A DNA stretch of 59,510 nt, the filler included, from Catajapyx aquilonaris (taxonomy: Eukaryota), in the NCBI GenBank assembly GCA_000934665.2. It is 3 parts of 3 records of this genome, joined end to end, with 100 filler letters (N's around TTAATTAATTAA, not from the genome) between each part and the next. Parts side by side here need not be neighbours in the genome. Positions count along the whole stretch, not along the records: positions 1 to 19,815 come from JYFJ02006396.1; 2 more parts are not named here. One strand, given 5' to 3'. The translations under genes were made by a program, and so were the position numbers. Numbering within the stretch: position 1 is the first letter of the stretch; each line of letters starts with the position of its first letter. The notes below the pieces were generated by a model. The model was not told the origin of the DNA, ran no database searches, and saw only the letters and a list, made by a program, of their open reading frames with translations. Below, piece after piece: positions 1-15,600 of this stretch.

Positions 1-3000
1 GGTCCCCATTTTTAACCATCCAGTGGCTAAATACTGCCTTTGTCTGTGGAAAAATCCACGACATTGTGTCTTCAATAATTTCGCGCATTGGTGGGTTATT
101 TCTGCTCATCTATGGTGCAAATGTTCAGGGTGAGCGAATTACCATGCAGTTGGGCAAGTAAATTCCACTACACTAGAACTATTATAACATTAGTTGTCAA
201 AATTATTAAAAATTATTTTCAGATTTTTGAGATTTTTCTTGACATATTTGTAGCAAATGCAAATCATCATGTCAATTACGGACGTAGCAAATAATATTAG
301 TCCTCTTATCAAAACGTCGATAATTAAAAATAATGCCATCTGCCTAAAAACATGCCACTCTTAATCCCCCAAAGGTGATTTTTCTGTGATCTAGTACAGT
401 CACATGAGAATCTACACACACGGGACACAGCATTTTGTTTGTTGTGGGAAATAGGCATTATTATGCTGCAGACTGGCCCACTGATCACAGCATAAAGGGA
501 TTTATTCCGCCCTAATTTCCTATCAGGCGATTACAAATGTGAAGAAGAAAAAAACAACGCATTTGACTTTAAATTTTGGAAAAGCAGCTCGTTGTGCTGT
601 TATTAGAGACCGAATTATTTTTTTCGGAACACATTATTAGATAAAATTTTAACATTTTTATGGTATTCTTCAGGACAGTTTTGGGTGTGAGCATATTGTT
701 GATTTGTGCGGATAAATTCATGAAACAAAACTGGGGAAAAAATGCAGTTTTGTTGACATGAAATCATGTTGTCAACAATCAGGGTTCCCAATAGGATTCT
801 GAGCTGAGGAGGTGTGGAATCAGGGACACAACTGCCCTCCTCTGCTTTCAGATTATTATTTTTTTGGTTTATATGGCGGGGTGGTACAAGAGACACACCC
901 CTTTCCTAAAAAAATTATTGGGTTTATTGGGCTTTCTCGGTTATCATCCGATGAAAATTCCCAGCCGGAAAACAGATCACGTCATGTCATAGCGGACCCC
1001 AGGTTGAGGCAGGTACTTTTGCTTTTGGAGTGGCCGTGAGATTTACCACTACATTAAACCTGGGTTATGTCAATTACGCAGTGATCAGTGACAGAAACCC
1101 GAACATATCTACATGGAAAATTACACCATAATTACTTGCACTGATGCGTTATAAATTATTTTGACACCATCACACCCCTTAACATTATTGTCAATTTGTT
1201 GTTTATTGTTTCTTTTGTTGCCAATCTTGTTCGCTCTGTTTGCAACCTCTGTAATTGTTGTGTATGATGCTGTTTCCTACACTGCAATCTGTCAACAAAT
1301 TATTTCTAGAACTTTCTCACACTGTTTACGATGGCACCATGTTTTTTTTAAAAAAAAACAATAACAAATGCATGGTAATTATTCTTGAAGATGCAAGAGG
1401 TGCAGATATTGGTGATTGCAGTGTTATTATGCATTTTATTAAAGCTACTCTTATAATAATATGTTACTAGAGAGTATAGGTGGGTAAAGAGGTCTGTGTA
1501 AATCACTCAAGAGTCAGTTATCCTCAGTTCCTTTCCTGTTAGGAATGATTACCAGTAAGTCGAAACGCAAACCTGCAGTCTCATTGCGGCAAAAACAGAA
1601 GTCAGGCCCCAACAATACTGGAGGCGCTATTTTAGGATTAGGGCAATTCCCCGGGAGGCTAAAACAGTTTATCGACCCCCTGATGATCCCTCTAAATGGC
1701 TCTCCAGGCCTCCAAGAAGCATAGACAAAACTTTTGGCGACACTAATACAAATGGCTTTGGGCTCTGCAGCAGACCAACACAGGGGGAAATGCCGATGTC
1801 AGAAAAAGTGTGCTTGCAAAATAACTGATTTAAAAATAATAGCAAATAAATTCACGTTAAAATAATTGTTCTGAAGTGTTCATTAGGACTTGATGATCAG
1901 TGCATTTGCATGAACATGATTAATAATTATTAAATTTATTAAATTTCATATTCGCCCAGAGTGATGATTGAATGCTATAGTACAGTAGTAATGGAGAAGG
2001 TATATTATTCCGGTGTTGAAATTTTCTCTCTTTATTTCGTTGCAAATGGGTGCTGTACATCGGAGGCTAATGCATTGAGCACTTCCTGCCAGCACATCAT
2101 TCATTACGTAAATGTGCATATTAAGCCCCATTGCGCCAATGGGCAATGGGCAAGTCTTTCAACCGAACTGCAGCTGTTTTCATTCCCATCAATGCGCAGG
2201 ATTGCACCTAATGGCTCAAAATGGCAAAAAAATGAAAGATGATACAACGTTTGGTGAAATCTGTAACATTAAAAAAAAATACTGTGAAGCTCTGGAATTA
2301 ACAGTAGAAAATTACTGTTCATAGAACATATAGAACTGTGCATCGCCATTGGCAAAAACATATATTTTCTGAAGAAACTAGTTCCATTTTTCTCCCAAAG
2401 CCCAATCAAAAAAGAGGTATTAGTTTAGGAGGGGGGGGGGGACCAAAGTGGCCGCAATCTCTCCCATCTAAAGCCGTGACTAAATGCATCGTAATCTTCC
2501 GGGCCGCCCCGGGGCGGGGAGTGTGCCGAGCCCGGAAGAACTTTTGTTATCTCCTTGTCACATAAGACCTAAGCTTTCTTGATGAGTTCAGGGAGCCCGA
2601 CTCATAACACGGCCCAAGTGGAGGAGCCTTTTTAGAGCTCCCCTGTTTTTTTCCTAAGGTTCTGCACGCACACAAAAAAATATGTGCCACTAAAAAGACA
2701 GCGACTCGTTTAACGAGGATAAGAAGGATGTACAGTATGTAGTACAACAAACACTCATCTCCAAAAAGTTAGCAGGAACAAGGAAATTTTTCATTTGCAT
2801 GAAAAAAAATGTCCGGAATTTCATCACATCTAGCGCAGTACAGAAAAGTATTACGCAATAATATTAGCTGTGGATATTATTTTCATGTAATAATTTTAGT
2901 TGGTGACAGCGCACATTGTTGCCATAAAAATTCGACAATTCTGCGGCCTATGGTGCATTGTCATTAAAAGGTTTTGCGGTCGTTCTGTATATAGCTAGCT

Positions 3001-6000
3001 TTGTACAATTTTGTGGCGAATCACCTCCGCGTGATAGAAGCTTTTGAATTCTGTGGTAGCACAAACCGGACCACAAAATAACGGTCACAATATGACGTGA
3101 TACATTGCCCAGGGATTTTACCGGCATGACAATCTAAAGAGAAGTTGACCACATCATGTAGCATAATGCAGAAGTATACGTATACGGAATGCATGTAATT
3201 AAGCATTATTTTTGACGTGAATGTTTTGAATTGCATGAATAATTATAGGAAAATATATGTTCCAACAAATATATTGACAGGTTATTTTTTTATAATAAAT
3301 GAGTACGAACAAACTACTTATTTTTCTGTTTTTCACGACGCGGACGTCTTCATGAATCCTGGTTGGACAAATGGAATCCGGATTAGTCAGTACTCAATCC
3401 ACATCCGAAGTGAAAATTGCTCCAATAATTCTGGCTCGGCATGACGTATCCTCCTCTCGAGCATCGCGTTACTTGACGGTATAAATCAGTAGGAACCGAA
3501 GTAAAGGGGTGTGATATATGTATGGTGGATCCTTTTGCTTCCATGAGTTCCATTTCATGTGGCTGCAAGCCAAAGGCTGGATTTTTGGGAGAGAACAACT
3601 TGGCGCCGAATAAATACATCAAAAGTATTAGGACGTACTATAGAAAAAGGTAGACTATAATATATTCGTTGGCCTATCAGTTTGAATGAAACTTATTGAG
3701 AAATAATTAATATTAAATTATGTATCCGTTCCTCTTGGACTCTACAACAGAGTACATCTCCTCACCTTTGCCTGGATGGAATTCTCTTTATGTACCCAAG
3801 ACTCTGGGACATTCCATAAACCCTCGTTTGGCCGCATTCCACGTCTTCCAGTCGCCAAATAAAGGCGTTACTTAATTTGGAGGGAGGTTTGGCAAAAGTG
3901 GGGGGGGGGGGGGGGGGGNTCCCGCCGATTTAAAATTGCATTAGCATATCGTTTGCATGGCTCGAGCCAAATGAGACGCGCTAACCCAAGTGCGTCGTCT
4001 GAAAGTGGCGATTACAAAACTACGGGATTAAAATGGCACAAGCGAAGGATGGAAAGATGGCAGAAGCTAACGACCCCCTTTTTCGTATACCCCTTTTTAT
4101 TTAACATCTCAGCAAAATTTATATTGAGGGGACATGGATTTCTTGGCTCGTTTTTGCTCGGATTTCAGCAATCAGGCTTAGTTAACTGCAGTGTCTGCAT
4201 CAAACCTGTTGCCTTTATCGCTTTCCATACATAAGCAGGATTTAAAATTTGGCTGCATAATTTTGTGGTTACAAGTATTCGCGAGTGCTAGCCCAATTAG
4301 GGAACTCCTGTTGGTACTAACAAAAGTACTTAGTCGTATGTGCTGCAAATATGCAATTTTCTAGTTGGAATAATTTGGCAGTGCTCAGGTATAGCAAGTA
4401 TTACATAAAATAATAAATAAAATAAAATAATAATTCGAAAAATGGGTTCAATATAAATCAGAGCGTAAAAATTAACAGTTTCCGCAAAACTTACATGATT
4501 TGCGTTGAATTGTTTTACATTTGATTTGATGTCTGTAAGTACTATTAACTTTGCAAAGCTCAACCTCTTGATCATGTTATTGGTTTTCCACCCTTTTATC
4601 CTCTCCCTTACTTCCAACAGTTTCCAAGTTTGTGGTAAATCCTCTTTCCTCAACGGACCTTTTTTTTCGTCTTTTCGGAACTCTTGTTAGGTGCTATTCT
4701 TATCTTTGCCGGGGCCTTGCCTTATAACTGTGGCCAAATCCTCGTCTTTTCATAAGTCATTGAGTAATTCCTGAAGCAGAGCTACTAATATTGAAAGAAC
4801 ATACGAAAGATTTTCGATAACCGTTACAAAAAAAATTTGAAGCATTAACCAAACTTATAGTACGTACATATCTATGTCTGAAACACTATAAATGTAGGGT
4901 TATGAAGTCTAAGAAAGTTTGAACTTTTCCTTACACACAGAGTGGCGTCTTCCATCCTGCCATGTCTGGCGTCTCTCTACACATTGGACCACTTTGGCCC
5001 AACTGGGCTTAACTCTCTGTTGAAAGGAAATTCGGCTTTTTTTTATCCCGGAGGAGGTTTTGGGTGGGGGGTGGGGGGGAAATTGAGTCTACACTTGAGT
5101 TGCTTGCATTCTTGGCGTTTCCTATCACTCAAGAGCTAGTCGATCATTTCCTGGCCATTTTCTTGCCCCTATATCATGCTTGGAACTCCAGATCTCTGGT
5201 GCTACTACTGAAGCGTCTTAAAGGTTCAATCGCGATGCTTGAAAAGTTTAGTGTATAGAAAAGGTTGGGCATGTATGTCATGAAGAAAAATTTCGTAACT
5301 AGAGCACTTTAAAGTTACTTGGGAGTCATGCTGAACGCAATAAAAATTCAGAGAGCGAAGGTGGATATCAGGTGAAAACTGGGGCGATAGTTTCGCCTCC
5401 TCTCCGTCTGGGCTTTTATAGCAGTGTGCTATACATACACGTTTGGTTGCTTATGATTCAAACGGCGTCGTTGCTTGGAGGCCTTTACTAGCTATACACC
5501 TAAGAGGATCTTCTGCTCTGCCTGCCGAGTCGTTATCGTTTTACTCTCAGGCATAACGCCCTAGGTAAATGGAAAAAAAGGCGGAGTTTTACCATCACAA
5601 CCGCTGTGGCTCTTTTTTTCATTTCGAAAGAGACCATAGAAGCAAACCAACAATAGAAGTGGCTTCTCTGCATCGTTTCCGGCTCAAGACAAAAAAATAT
5701 CGGTTGCATTGTGCACATGCCGGATGTTTCACACATGTTATTCAAGCTTGGACTCCGCAAGTTGTATTGCAACTGGATGCATTTGACGTCTGGATGAACT
5801 GGCCATTGTTGCGTATTATTATCCGCCATCCCGGATAACACGCGGAATAATAATAAAGAAGCCTTATTTTCATTACACTACACAGAAATGAATAGCTTCA
5901 TGAAACAGCGCAACTCTTCACCTACGAAAAGGGGGCTTTTCCCATTCCAACAGCGTTCGCAACAAAGGGGGTTAAATGTGCCGATTAACCCACTCAACAC

Positions 6001-6618
6001 TGCCAGAAAGCAGCCCAAATTAAAGACGTAAATACACTTGTCGAAAATAAGGACCGTCATCACATTGAGTCTGCTGGATTACACACATCGCAACAATGAA
6101 CAGATCCCGATCTGTCATTATCAGGTTCGAAACGGAGCAGTCAAATGCATATCAATCGATTTTTGTACATATTATTATTAGTGAAATTATTTTGAATATT
6201 ATTTATTAAAATTATGCTCCAGAGTAAGGTGCTTTGTGTCTCTCACAGGCACTCAACTGGTCATTGTCGTCTGCATTATTAACAGACATGCGCTTCATGA
6301 CTTCTGGTGGTCATACCGACAATTCCGCAATTTCCAGACGGACTCGAATTAACAGGGGGTACCACTTACCAAAGTTTTCCGGTCAAAATTAGTCGGTTTC
6401 TGTTCCGGAGTCCTCCCAAGTCGGTTCTGGCGCCTGTGCAGGAGGGACTAGAATCGATGGGGGTAAAAGGGCGGGTTTTGGGTGGGTTGGGTTTTTGGTG
6501 GTGGGGGGGAGAGGTTTTAGTTGGGTTTGCGAGATGAGGCAGTCAGGGTCGGAGCAGGGATGGAAGGGGGAGGATCCGGACATGTCGTCGCCAAAAGAGG
6601 AGAAAGGTCGTTGTCCCG

Positions 6619-9600
6619 ATGGACACTAAAAAAATGGCAGCCAGGAATGATCGGACAGGAAGTTGCTGGTGGATACTAAACATGTTGTGGACGAGTGTCC
6701 GGCGAAGTGATGAGGTGCGGGAGTGTCCGAGGAGTAGTGTCCGGACACGTTGGAAGGCAGCCAAGGTCGTGGCCTGCTGGGTCGTACTGGCCAATGCCCT
6801 CGCTCCTCACGTGCTGGGTCTCCCGCCGGTCATCAGGTTAGGTAAGAAGTTATACCTGTCGATTGTGTACAGGGGGTGAACGGAACTGCACGTCAAACTT
6901 TCGCCAGAGCTCATTGGCACAACACAAAGCTGAAATGTAGGGGTGAGAAATGTCGAAATCCTGAAGGTTAACGACCTTGAGTCCGAAACTATAGAAAACT
7001 AGCAAGAATTTCATTACTTTTTCAACAATACTATTGAAACACACATAAACCACCCCTTAAATAATTAACCTTATGTTACCATATACAAAAGGTCGGGTTG
7101 ACAGTGTATGAATACTTGCGACGTTAATAATCCACGCATTGTTTAATTACCAGTGTCACTTACATACTAATGAACTCGCAGCTCGTCATTAAATTTTGAC
7201 AAACATTTTGTTCCCGGGGCTTTTGATATTTCCAGTTCTCTGGCTCGTGGAATTTATTTCTGGGGCAGTTATACATTCACCGGGTCGAGGCTCATTAACC
7301 GGATGCTTTGAGCTATGTTGACACAGACATCATGCAACCTGCATTTTTAGTTATACACTGGTAATGTCGCATGGCATGCATCCTCCCTTCGTATATATAT
7401 TCTCAACTCCAAAGCCCGAAGCAGGTTGTTAGGCCCCATGGTTTTTTGGGGGGGCAAAAGAGTTGCTGGGCATATGAAAGGAAAAGGGAGAAACATAAAG
7501 CAAAAGCAAGCCGAGTTTTATGTTTTTGTGTACGTGTAAAGGGTCGCAAAAAAACACGATCCAATCCATTTTTCATGTCTGCAGGGTTTTGCTTCATGCC
7601 TCTATATTTTTCTGGTAAATCCAATGCTTTCATTTTTCTCTATACGATGTCTGAACTGACCAAGGATAAGTGGTAGCCCCAGACCTAACCGAACCCCTTT
7701 TCTTTACATAGTTTTTTTAAAAAAAGGATAGAGTCTGAGTTTTTATTCGATGGACTATGCCTCCATTCATCACAAGGATGGCATTTTGGACCATGCTGAG
7801 TCCAGAGAGGACCTGGTTGTATGCCATTCAATAAATGGCCTCAACCTTTTACTGGTGTTGACGTTGTCGTCTGTCTCAAATTTTGATACATTGAGTTCTC
7901 AGGGAGTGCTGCAGGGAAACATTTTTGGAAAATTATTTCCGGATTTTAGCAGATAAGTCAGCTTCACCAATTCTGAGCAGGTAAAACATGTGAACATTTC
8001 ATAGAAATTATTGGTGCTCTTTCTGTGCTTATAAAAAAACACTGAGAGTCCCCCTCCCCTCGCTTATATTTACTTGCATTGCTTCCTTTTGCTCTATCGC
8101 CCTTTACGAGTCCCTGAGATCAAAATCCCTTGTCCACACATAGCCCTGCATAATTCATAACTAAAATCTCTATTTGCCTTACATGATTCTCTCGGGAGCT
8201 AAAAATAGGGCTTTCCTCAGGAGATCTTGAATTATACAGGGTGTTTCAAAAATATATTATTCAGACACTCTTCTAGGTATTTTACTGGGAAGAGTTTCCT
8301 GAATAATTATCTTTACCTTAGAATTCATGCTGAGGTGGTATTCGCGGAATGTTTTGCAAATTTTTCTCGGAGGTGCAAAAATGAACTGTTGCGCCAGGGC
8401 TCCATTAAGGATAGTCATTGCTCTCTACGTAATATTGAATTTCAAGGAATTCTTTCAGGCTCCAACATGTATTGCAGACTGAATAATGGATAAGTGAGTA
8501 ATAGAAGGCAATTTATATACACGGCCTGTCATTTGGCAGCTTTGTTCAGCCTGGGTGCACGCCCAACTTTGCCAGTTAATTGTGAAAGGAGGAATTTTGA
8601 GAGTAATTAGTCCGCGTAATTACAAGGAAGCCAAAGGTTCAACCTCGTAAGGACTGGGATCTGAAACACCAAACGACCATAATATGCAGTGTTATCAAGT
8701 GAGAGGAGGGTGTAGGGTGTCTCCCATTTCGGTGCCCTGTATTGTGGTTCGCAGCCGGATTGTTCTAATTAGCAAGCTCGTTGGATACCTAAGTCGTACA
8801 TACGTGCAGTGCATATACTGCAGTTATAGTACCGGTTACAAAAGTCAAATGCATGACGATAAGCGAGGCGACATGACGCCAGTTTTATTGCGAAACGATG
8901 TGTTTGTGTGGCGAAAATTTCAGCACATTGTTGGCTTCAACTTGAAAACTTCAACAGTGAGTTCTAAGCAGTAAATAGCTTGTAACAATGATCAAGTACA
9001 GAGCCGGAGCATGATTGATCGATTAAAGTTATCCTTTGCGCTCCAGCACGTTCCATCTTGCTCAACCATCAATCTCCAGATCAAACCTGGTTCCTTTTTT
9101 TAAAAAAAAAAGAAGCGTTAAAATTTTGTTAAAAATATGGGTTTAAAATGAACCTTCTGACTTACAGGGATCTACGTTATTTCGTGCATGACAGCTCCAG
9201 CCGAAAAAATGAACGACTTTAAAAATCGCCGCTATCGTGTGAAATAATGGCTATTTTAAAGAATGCTATTCTTGGCTCATCTATTATCACCCTTGTTTTC
9301 CAACCTGCTTCACAGCACCGGGCAACTGCTAATTTCCCTGGACAATTCCCTAGATAAGGCTCCAGTCCAGAGTAACCTTTCGACCAGGAAGTCGTAAAGC
9401 TGACTCATCTTCGCAACCGCGGCGATACCGGATCCTTATTTATTGCCCACAAAACCCTGGGTCCCTGTTTACAGTTTATAGTTTCAACAAGAGGAGCCCC
9501 CAGGAAAACAAGCTGTATAACTTAAAAGGCAAGCCGCAATATTGTTTCGTCGTGGAAAAACTTTAACGCTCCCACATGAAAGAGGACTCGACCTCCGAAT

Positions 9601-12600
9601 ATCTCATGGAGAAACCATGATTTGCTCTCACATCCTTTTTATCGGGAAAGACTATATGACCACAGGTTTCAATATTTTTAAAGTTTTAAAGTCGGTTCAG
9701 AAAACAATTCAGTGGTTATGTTACGCTATAAACTGATACATAGTTCTGCTATACTCTGTGGGGCATATGCAGCTATATGCTAAGTCGGACTTTCACCGTG
9801 CCATTTTACAGCTTTAATGACTCGTATTGCAGCCATTACAGCTATTAAGCTGGATTTCATGATATTCAATTTTCTGCTTAAATTTAATGGGTAAAATGTC
9901 TGCTTGAATGTATTAACAGGAATTACAAGCACTGGTGGCATTGGTATGCGAGTTTCCCATCCAGATAACTGGTTGTTATAGACTGTAATCTGTGATAAAC
10001 CTAACTAGTGTTTCTTGAACTGACTGTGAGGGCAATTCAGCAACGTTACTTCTTTTTTTCAGGTGCGATATTCACAGAGGAGCAGAAGGACACGAGCACA
10101 GAGCTGGCCTTCAAGTACGCTGTGTACACCATAAACAAGGACAGAAACATACTGCCAAACACAACATTGGTCTACGACATTCAGTACGTCAGAAAGGACG
10201 ACAGTTTCAGGACATCCAAGAAAGGTGACTAATATTTTGATTTGTTTAATACAAGTACAAAGGAAACCTAGAGTATCCATTGTAGTGCAGAGGTGGTGGG
10301 GAAAGAGAGAGAAAAGTCCATTATCCGGAGTTGATAAAAAATTCAGCTCAATTTTTTTTCTTCGGCTGCATGCCCTTGCGTGGGATGCTGCGATGCGGAC
10401 CAACCGCTGGCTGGGTATAATAGCCCTGAGGCAGCTCAGGGGGCCAAAATTCCCATTCTCGGCTCTTCATATTCAACATTGGCAGCCTCCCAATGTCTCC
10501 ACCCCAGCACGATGAATAGCAAAACTTGGAAAAGTCCGCTGGAAAGAAAATGCCAGCAGGCAGGCAACGATTGGGAATATTTTCCTTCCAATTTTTTCCC
10601 CCCATTTCCATTTCACTTATACAGAGTTTCAGATACCTTCAATTGAAACAAGTAACCTGAATGTTTATAGCAAAAAGAAAATCTTTGTTGTTTGTGGAAC
10701 ACATCTCGCAGCCAAAATTTCCACCATTGTACCGCATCGGTTAGCATTACAATTTCATAAAACAATTAGGCCAAACTGCGTGCATGCTGTTTTTAAAATA
10801 ACATTATGCGGACAGGTGCAAAAAAAAGAGAGAGCGTCCACTGCGCCAGTACATATGCAAATGAACCGTGGGCAGAATATTCAGTTGTTAAACACCCCAT
10901 TTTCAGAACTGACGACAAGGGGGTAGAGGTGATAACTTCATTATACAAACAGCCAGATGACCGGGACAAATGTGTCACATTTAGTTTTCCGGGGGGGGCT
11001 TGACAAAGCGTTTCGTCCTACTGGTCTTGGCATGTCCATAGTACAATACGTCCCCTGAATTATGTACTCGAATGCGCTCGGTGCATTCCCCCCCNCCCCC
11101 CCAAAAAAAAAAAAAAATTAACTCCAACACTAGTCAGTATGAATACAACGCTGAACTAACTGGAATGGAGATGAGTATTGGTGACCCCCAGAGTCATATA
11201 CGGAACAAGCGGTGATAAATTTCGGGTTCATTTCGCATGCAGAGTGACCACGGTCCATTTGTCTCCATCTGTCTTGTCCGGTTGGGTTGAACCAGCATGG
11301 TCCGAATGTTCTCTGATGTCAATGATTTTAACGTTGATTTTCTAATACAACCGTACAATTACTTTTGTCTTCATTTTGTCTGATACGACATATTTATAAT
11401 AATTACACTTCTAATACATGTCTGTACCTCACTATTAAACATTTACATTCCCTGAAACCAAGAGCTGAAACCCATTGCAGGTATAGAGTGTGCTTGTTCC
11501 TACACCTAATAATATTGTCTCTAAGCGGTCTTTGACACCCGGCAAACTGGAAATTATTAAGTTGAATAGGAGAATATTCCAGCCCAGCATGGTGGGGGTC
11601 GACATGAATATTCAGATCCACCCCATCCTCATCCCCCATCTACCCAGTAAACACGGCCATGTGTATACGACTCCAATGGGTATTGGAATTGTTCACTTAA
11701 CAAGGGTGTAATGGAGTCCTAAGGAGAAGTGCTTCCTGGTAATTTCCAGGACCCAAAATGAGGTCGAACTACTAGATAATGCGATTTGGGCCAACCCCCC
11801 CCCCCCCCTCCAGTTTAAGACACTGTATGAAAAGCCTGCTCTGCGTTGCACACAACTGGAGCTGAAATGTACAGAAATTATGATTCAATTCGAGCTAATT
11901 GTTTGGGACAACTTTTTTTTAAACATTTGGTTAAGTAAACAGATTATTGAAGTTACTGGAATCTCAATTTACATGGCAAAACAACCACTGATTGTCAGTA
12001 CGACATGCTTCTCATAGATGGCACATCCTCCCTCTATGTACACTCCTGCCACTATAGGTCGTGCGACGGGTTGTGGTACTATCAGCTTGGACAAACAAAT
12101 AAAAGCCGATATACGAGTAGTATGATCTGAAGGTGTTTGAATTCCCGTGCCGTTCGCCGCAATAACCTTGATGGCGTACTTTTCCTCGTTTACTGATCAG
12201 TTAGGCTCCCCTCGGTATAGGGTGAATGGAGGCTGCCAGAAAAAGCCAACAGCCTATAAACTGGAGAGTTTATGCGGTGCTTTAGAGGGCGGATAGGATG
12301 GGGGAGAATACATAGGCAAGACAGGATTCTGCCCCTGTATGATGGCCCCGGGGCCACAGTCCAATTTGGAACTCAGGACAGCACCCTACCTATTCCGCGA
12401 AGGATGAATCCACTCTCAACACTGAACCTCCCCCGGATAATTCGACCCGAATTTTAACGGCCCGTTGTCACCTTTAATCAAATGCAAAGTGGTGCCCTGC
12501 AACGTGTCCTGGGGTTCAACAGACCTTTGTGCAGGTTGCTGGCCTCAGATTAAGTGAACTTGTTTAAAGAAAATAAACCATATTATTAACAAACAATCGG

Positions 12601-15600
12601 GATGCTGAGCAAAGTCTTTGAACTTCAAAGTCATTTGCTTTTATCTATAGCTGTGATTACACTTACGAGTTTAATGGGGCAGGAACTGTATCACGCCCTT
12701 CCTCGGTTACATTCCCATAAAGTAGGCTATTGTACTCATCCAGCAGGCCATTGTCGGGGAACATAATTCTCTCTAACGTGACATTTAGTGGCGCGAAGCA
12801 ATTGAAAACAATGCTTGATTTGGTAAGCTGATAGACCTGTTTCAATGTCGTCATGAGATATACCACTGCATTGCAGTGCTTTGCGTGCGTGATTTAATTT
12901 AATAGGTTGCATACTTGTTTGCTGATAATACATAATTATACAGTACGGTATTTAAAAATATTAAAAAGGGTGAATCATCCATTCAAAGTACTTGTACACA
13001 CAATTACAAGTAAATCCATTTCAAATGTGCTACATGAATAATATTATTTGAATGATTTCATAATTAGCGTACTTTCAGCACATTTAACTTTTTTCCTTCG
13101 GTTTGCATTTGGTGGCTGATTTTAAAAATGTCTTCACACTGGGATGGAAATTTTTTACCCGCGTTATTTTAAACTATTTACGAGTATAGTGTAGAACAAA
13201 AAAAAATGTTTGTCAGAATATTGTGCTGCACCTCTTAGTTTGAAAAGTTTCTTATGTCTTAATAATAGCGTTATCTCTTTTCTCCATCAGTTTCAAACTT
13301 CTAAGCCAATGGTACCAAAGCACAAACTTTATGCGAGTCAGGCATTTTAGGACCTGCGGAGAAAAAATTGTCACGTAGATGTAGTGATCGATGAGGACAC
13401 GTCCCCCCCCCTTCACGGTATTTTTTTTTCTCTGACGCCGCTTCTTGTGTCAGCACGAAAGTAAAGCATATAGAGTCGTGTCTCTGGGCGAATTCACAGA
13501 CTGCCAAAATATAGCCCTGCCTCACTCTCCTTTTCTTTTTGCTCTGTCTCTTTTGCATAAAGGGCATCGACCTTCCCAACCCTTTGCTTGCACATTTTTA
13601 CTGCAGAAAATTAGCAAAGACGGTCCCTTCCTACAAATTAGTGTTTGCCAAGGGTACATGACAAAGGGCTTTCTGCACGGTGTACTTTGGGGGGCGATGG
13701 TCAACGTTAGTCAACAATTAGGCAGTAATTTTGTAACCGAAGCGTGTCTGTCAATGGAGCGGGGTTCGGCTCAAAGTGCAAAGGACTTTTTTTGGGGGAG
13801 TGACACGCACAAGCATTTTAGTTAAAAAACGAGCCAGTAAATGCAATTTTTTTGGCACACGTTGGTCTACAGGATTAGTATGAACTTGCCTTTATCCCCA
13901 ACATCCAGCTGCTTAATATCATCCTTCGTCTAGAACTCGAGGCTTATACTGAAAGGCTCAAGCTTGCTATTGTCCCAACCGATATTAATTATCCCGGATT
14001 ATCCAGTGTTCATTAAGCAGAAAACGAAACTTTTGCCCGAATTTTGGGGATCAACAAAAGCTTTGCTTTTGAACTCCTTCGTGTGTGTGAAAGTAGAACC
14101 ATTTCGCCAGATCCATTTTATTATAATATCGCAGAGGAACAGACTGCGAGATAGGAAATTTCTGGCATCCATTGTTTCCCCTACTGTTGGGATTGTCCAT
14201 TAAAATCCGTTGCCCCTCCCGTCATAACCGCTTCTCCATCGCGGATATGGGTGACAGCGCTAATGAAAGCGATTGTTTTCAATCAACAATGTTAACAGTT
14301 CGCTAACCCGAAACTCACAGTGTTTAAAGCGAGCATGGAAAAGATGTGTCAGCATTTATTATTTTTCCTCCTCAGTACAGTGTCCTTATTAAGTCAAACC
14401 GCGGTTCGTGGGGAAACGAGCAAAATTTAATGCGAGTCCCGACGTAATTCCTCATTAGGTTAACAGCGCTCTGTTAATTATTTGCCCTCCCCTGCCTAAC
14501 CCCTCGGACCCTAATTCTGATGATGATGGCGGTCTATTAGAGAGCATGGTTCGGCAGAGAATACTAAAGAGCAGGAGACTATACAGTAACTCCGGAAAAT
14601 TCATACTGTCTCAATCGTTTATTATTCTGAATATATAGTTTCTATGTTTGACGTTTATTATTCTGAATATATAGTTTCTATGTTTGACGTTAATTATTTT
14701 AGCAAATAAATTATGACTCGATCAAACAATTTTTTTGAGTAAATATTTTCTCCTGTTGAAGTAAAGGAATTGCCTGAGCTCTACGAAAATACGGGAGTGT
14801 TTCCAATCTGAAATTCTGACAAAGCATATATTGCGAAAGAAAATCTTCCCGAACTTGTTAATATTCCGGATTGCTCCTTTCTCTTTCCTGACATTCCGTC
14901 TTCCATATTTATTCTTCTTCTTCTGCGCTGTAAATTTTCCTCCGGTCTTTTCCCCGTCTCTCTCGAAAGTGCCAATAACATCTTTGGAAAACTCGAACTT
15001 GAGCTTCTTATTCTCTTTCGGGTTGAAAACAAGCGTATCGAGAGGCTGGAGCGAACCTAAACAAAAAAGTGAACTGTCTGCTGCTTGTGGAAAGTACACG
15101 TCATGCGTGTAACTTCCAGCGTAGTGCACTTGCTCAAATCTTCAGTTCAAAAGAGACTACATCCAACTTGGAAAATGCACCATGTTTTTTTTTTTCATTT
15201 TCACATTACATACATGAATTTTAATGTCATTTCCAAGGCACCTGAACTCAACACTTCACAACACACCAATAAAGCTTGTGTGCTTCAGCAGCCTTTACAA
15301 TATTGGCAGCACTGAGCAGGGTTGACATATTTCCTTAGGGAAAACCAACTTTCATGCAATTTTTAGTAACGTAATCGCTACGTTAGCGAGGATTTTCAGA
15401 GCCTGAAGTTCCTTTTTACATCACTGCTTTTGTGCCTCGCTTCCTGTCGATAATATACACACGAGAGTTCCATCAACGTTCATCTAATATTTTTTTTACA
15501 TGAAAATACTTATCCGCGTAAAGCATCACTCATACCTTCCAACACGGAACGGCGCTGTGAATGTCTATCGGATCGGGAGATATTGCGCTTTCAATCAAAC

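Noticed and set aside
11403..11639. DLNIH motif resembling a LINE AP-endonuclease
   Set aside because: Single weak motif with no other support
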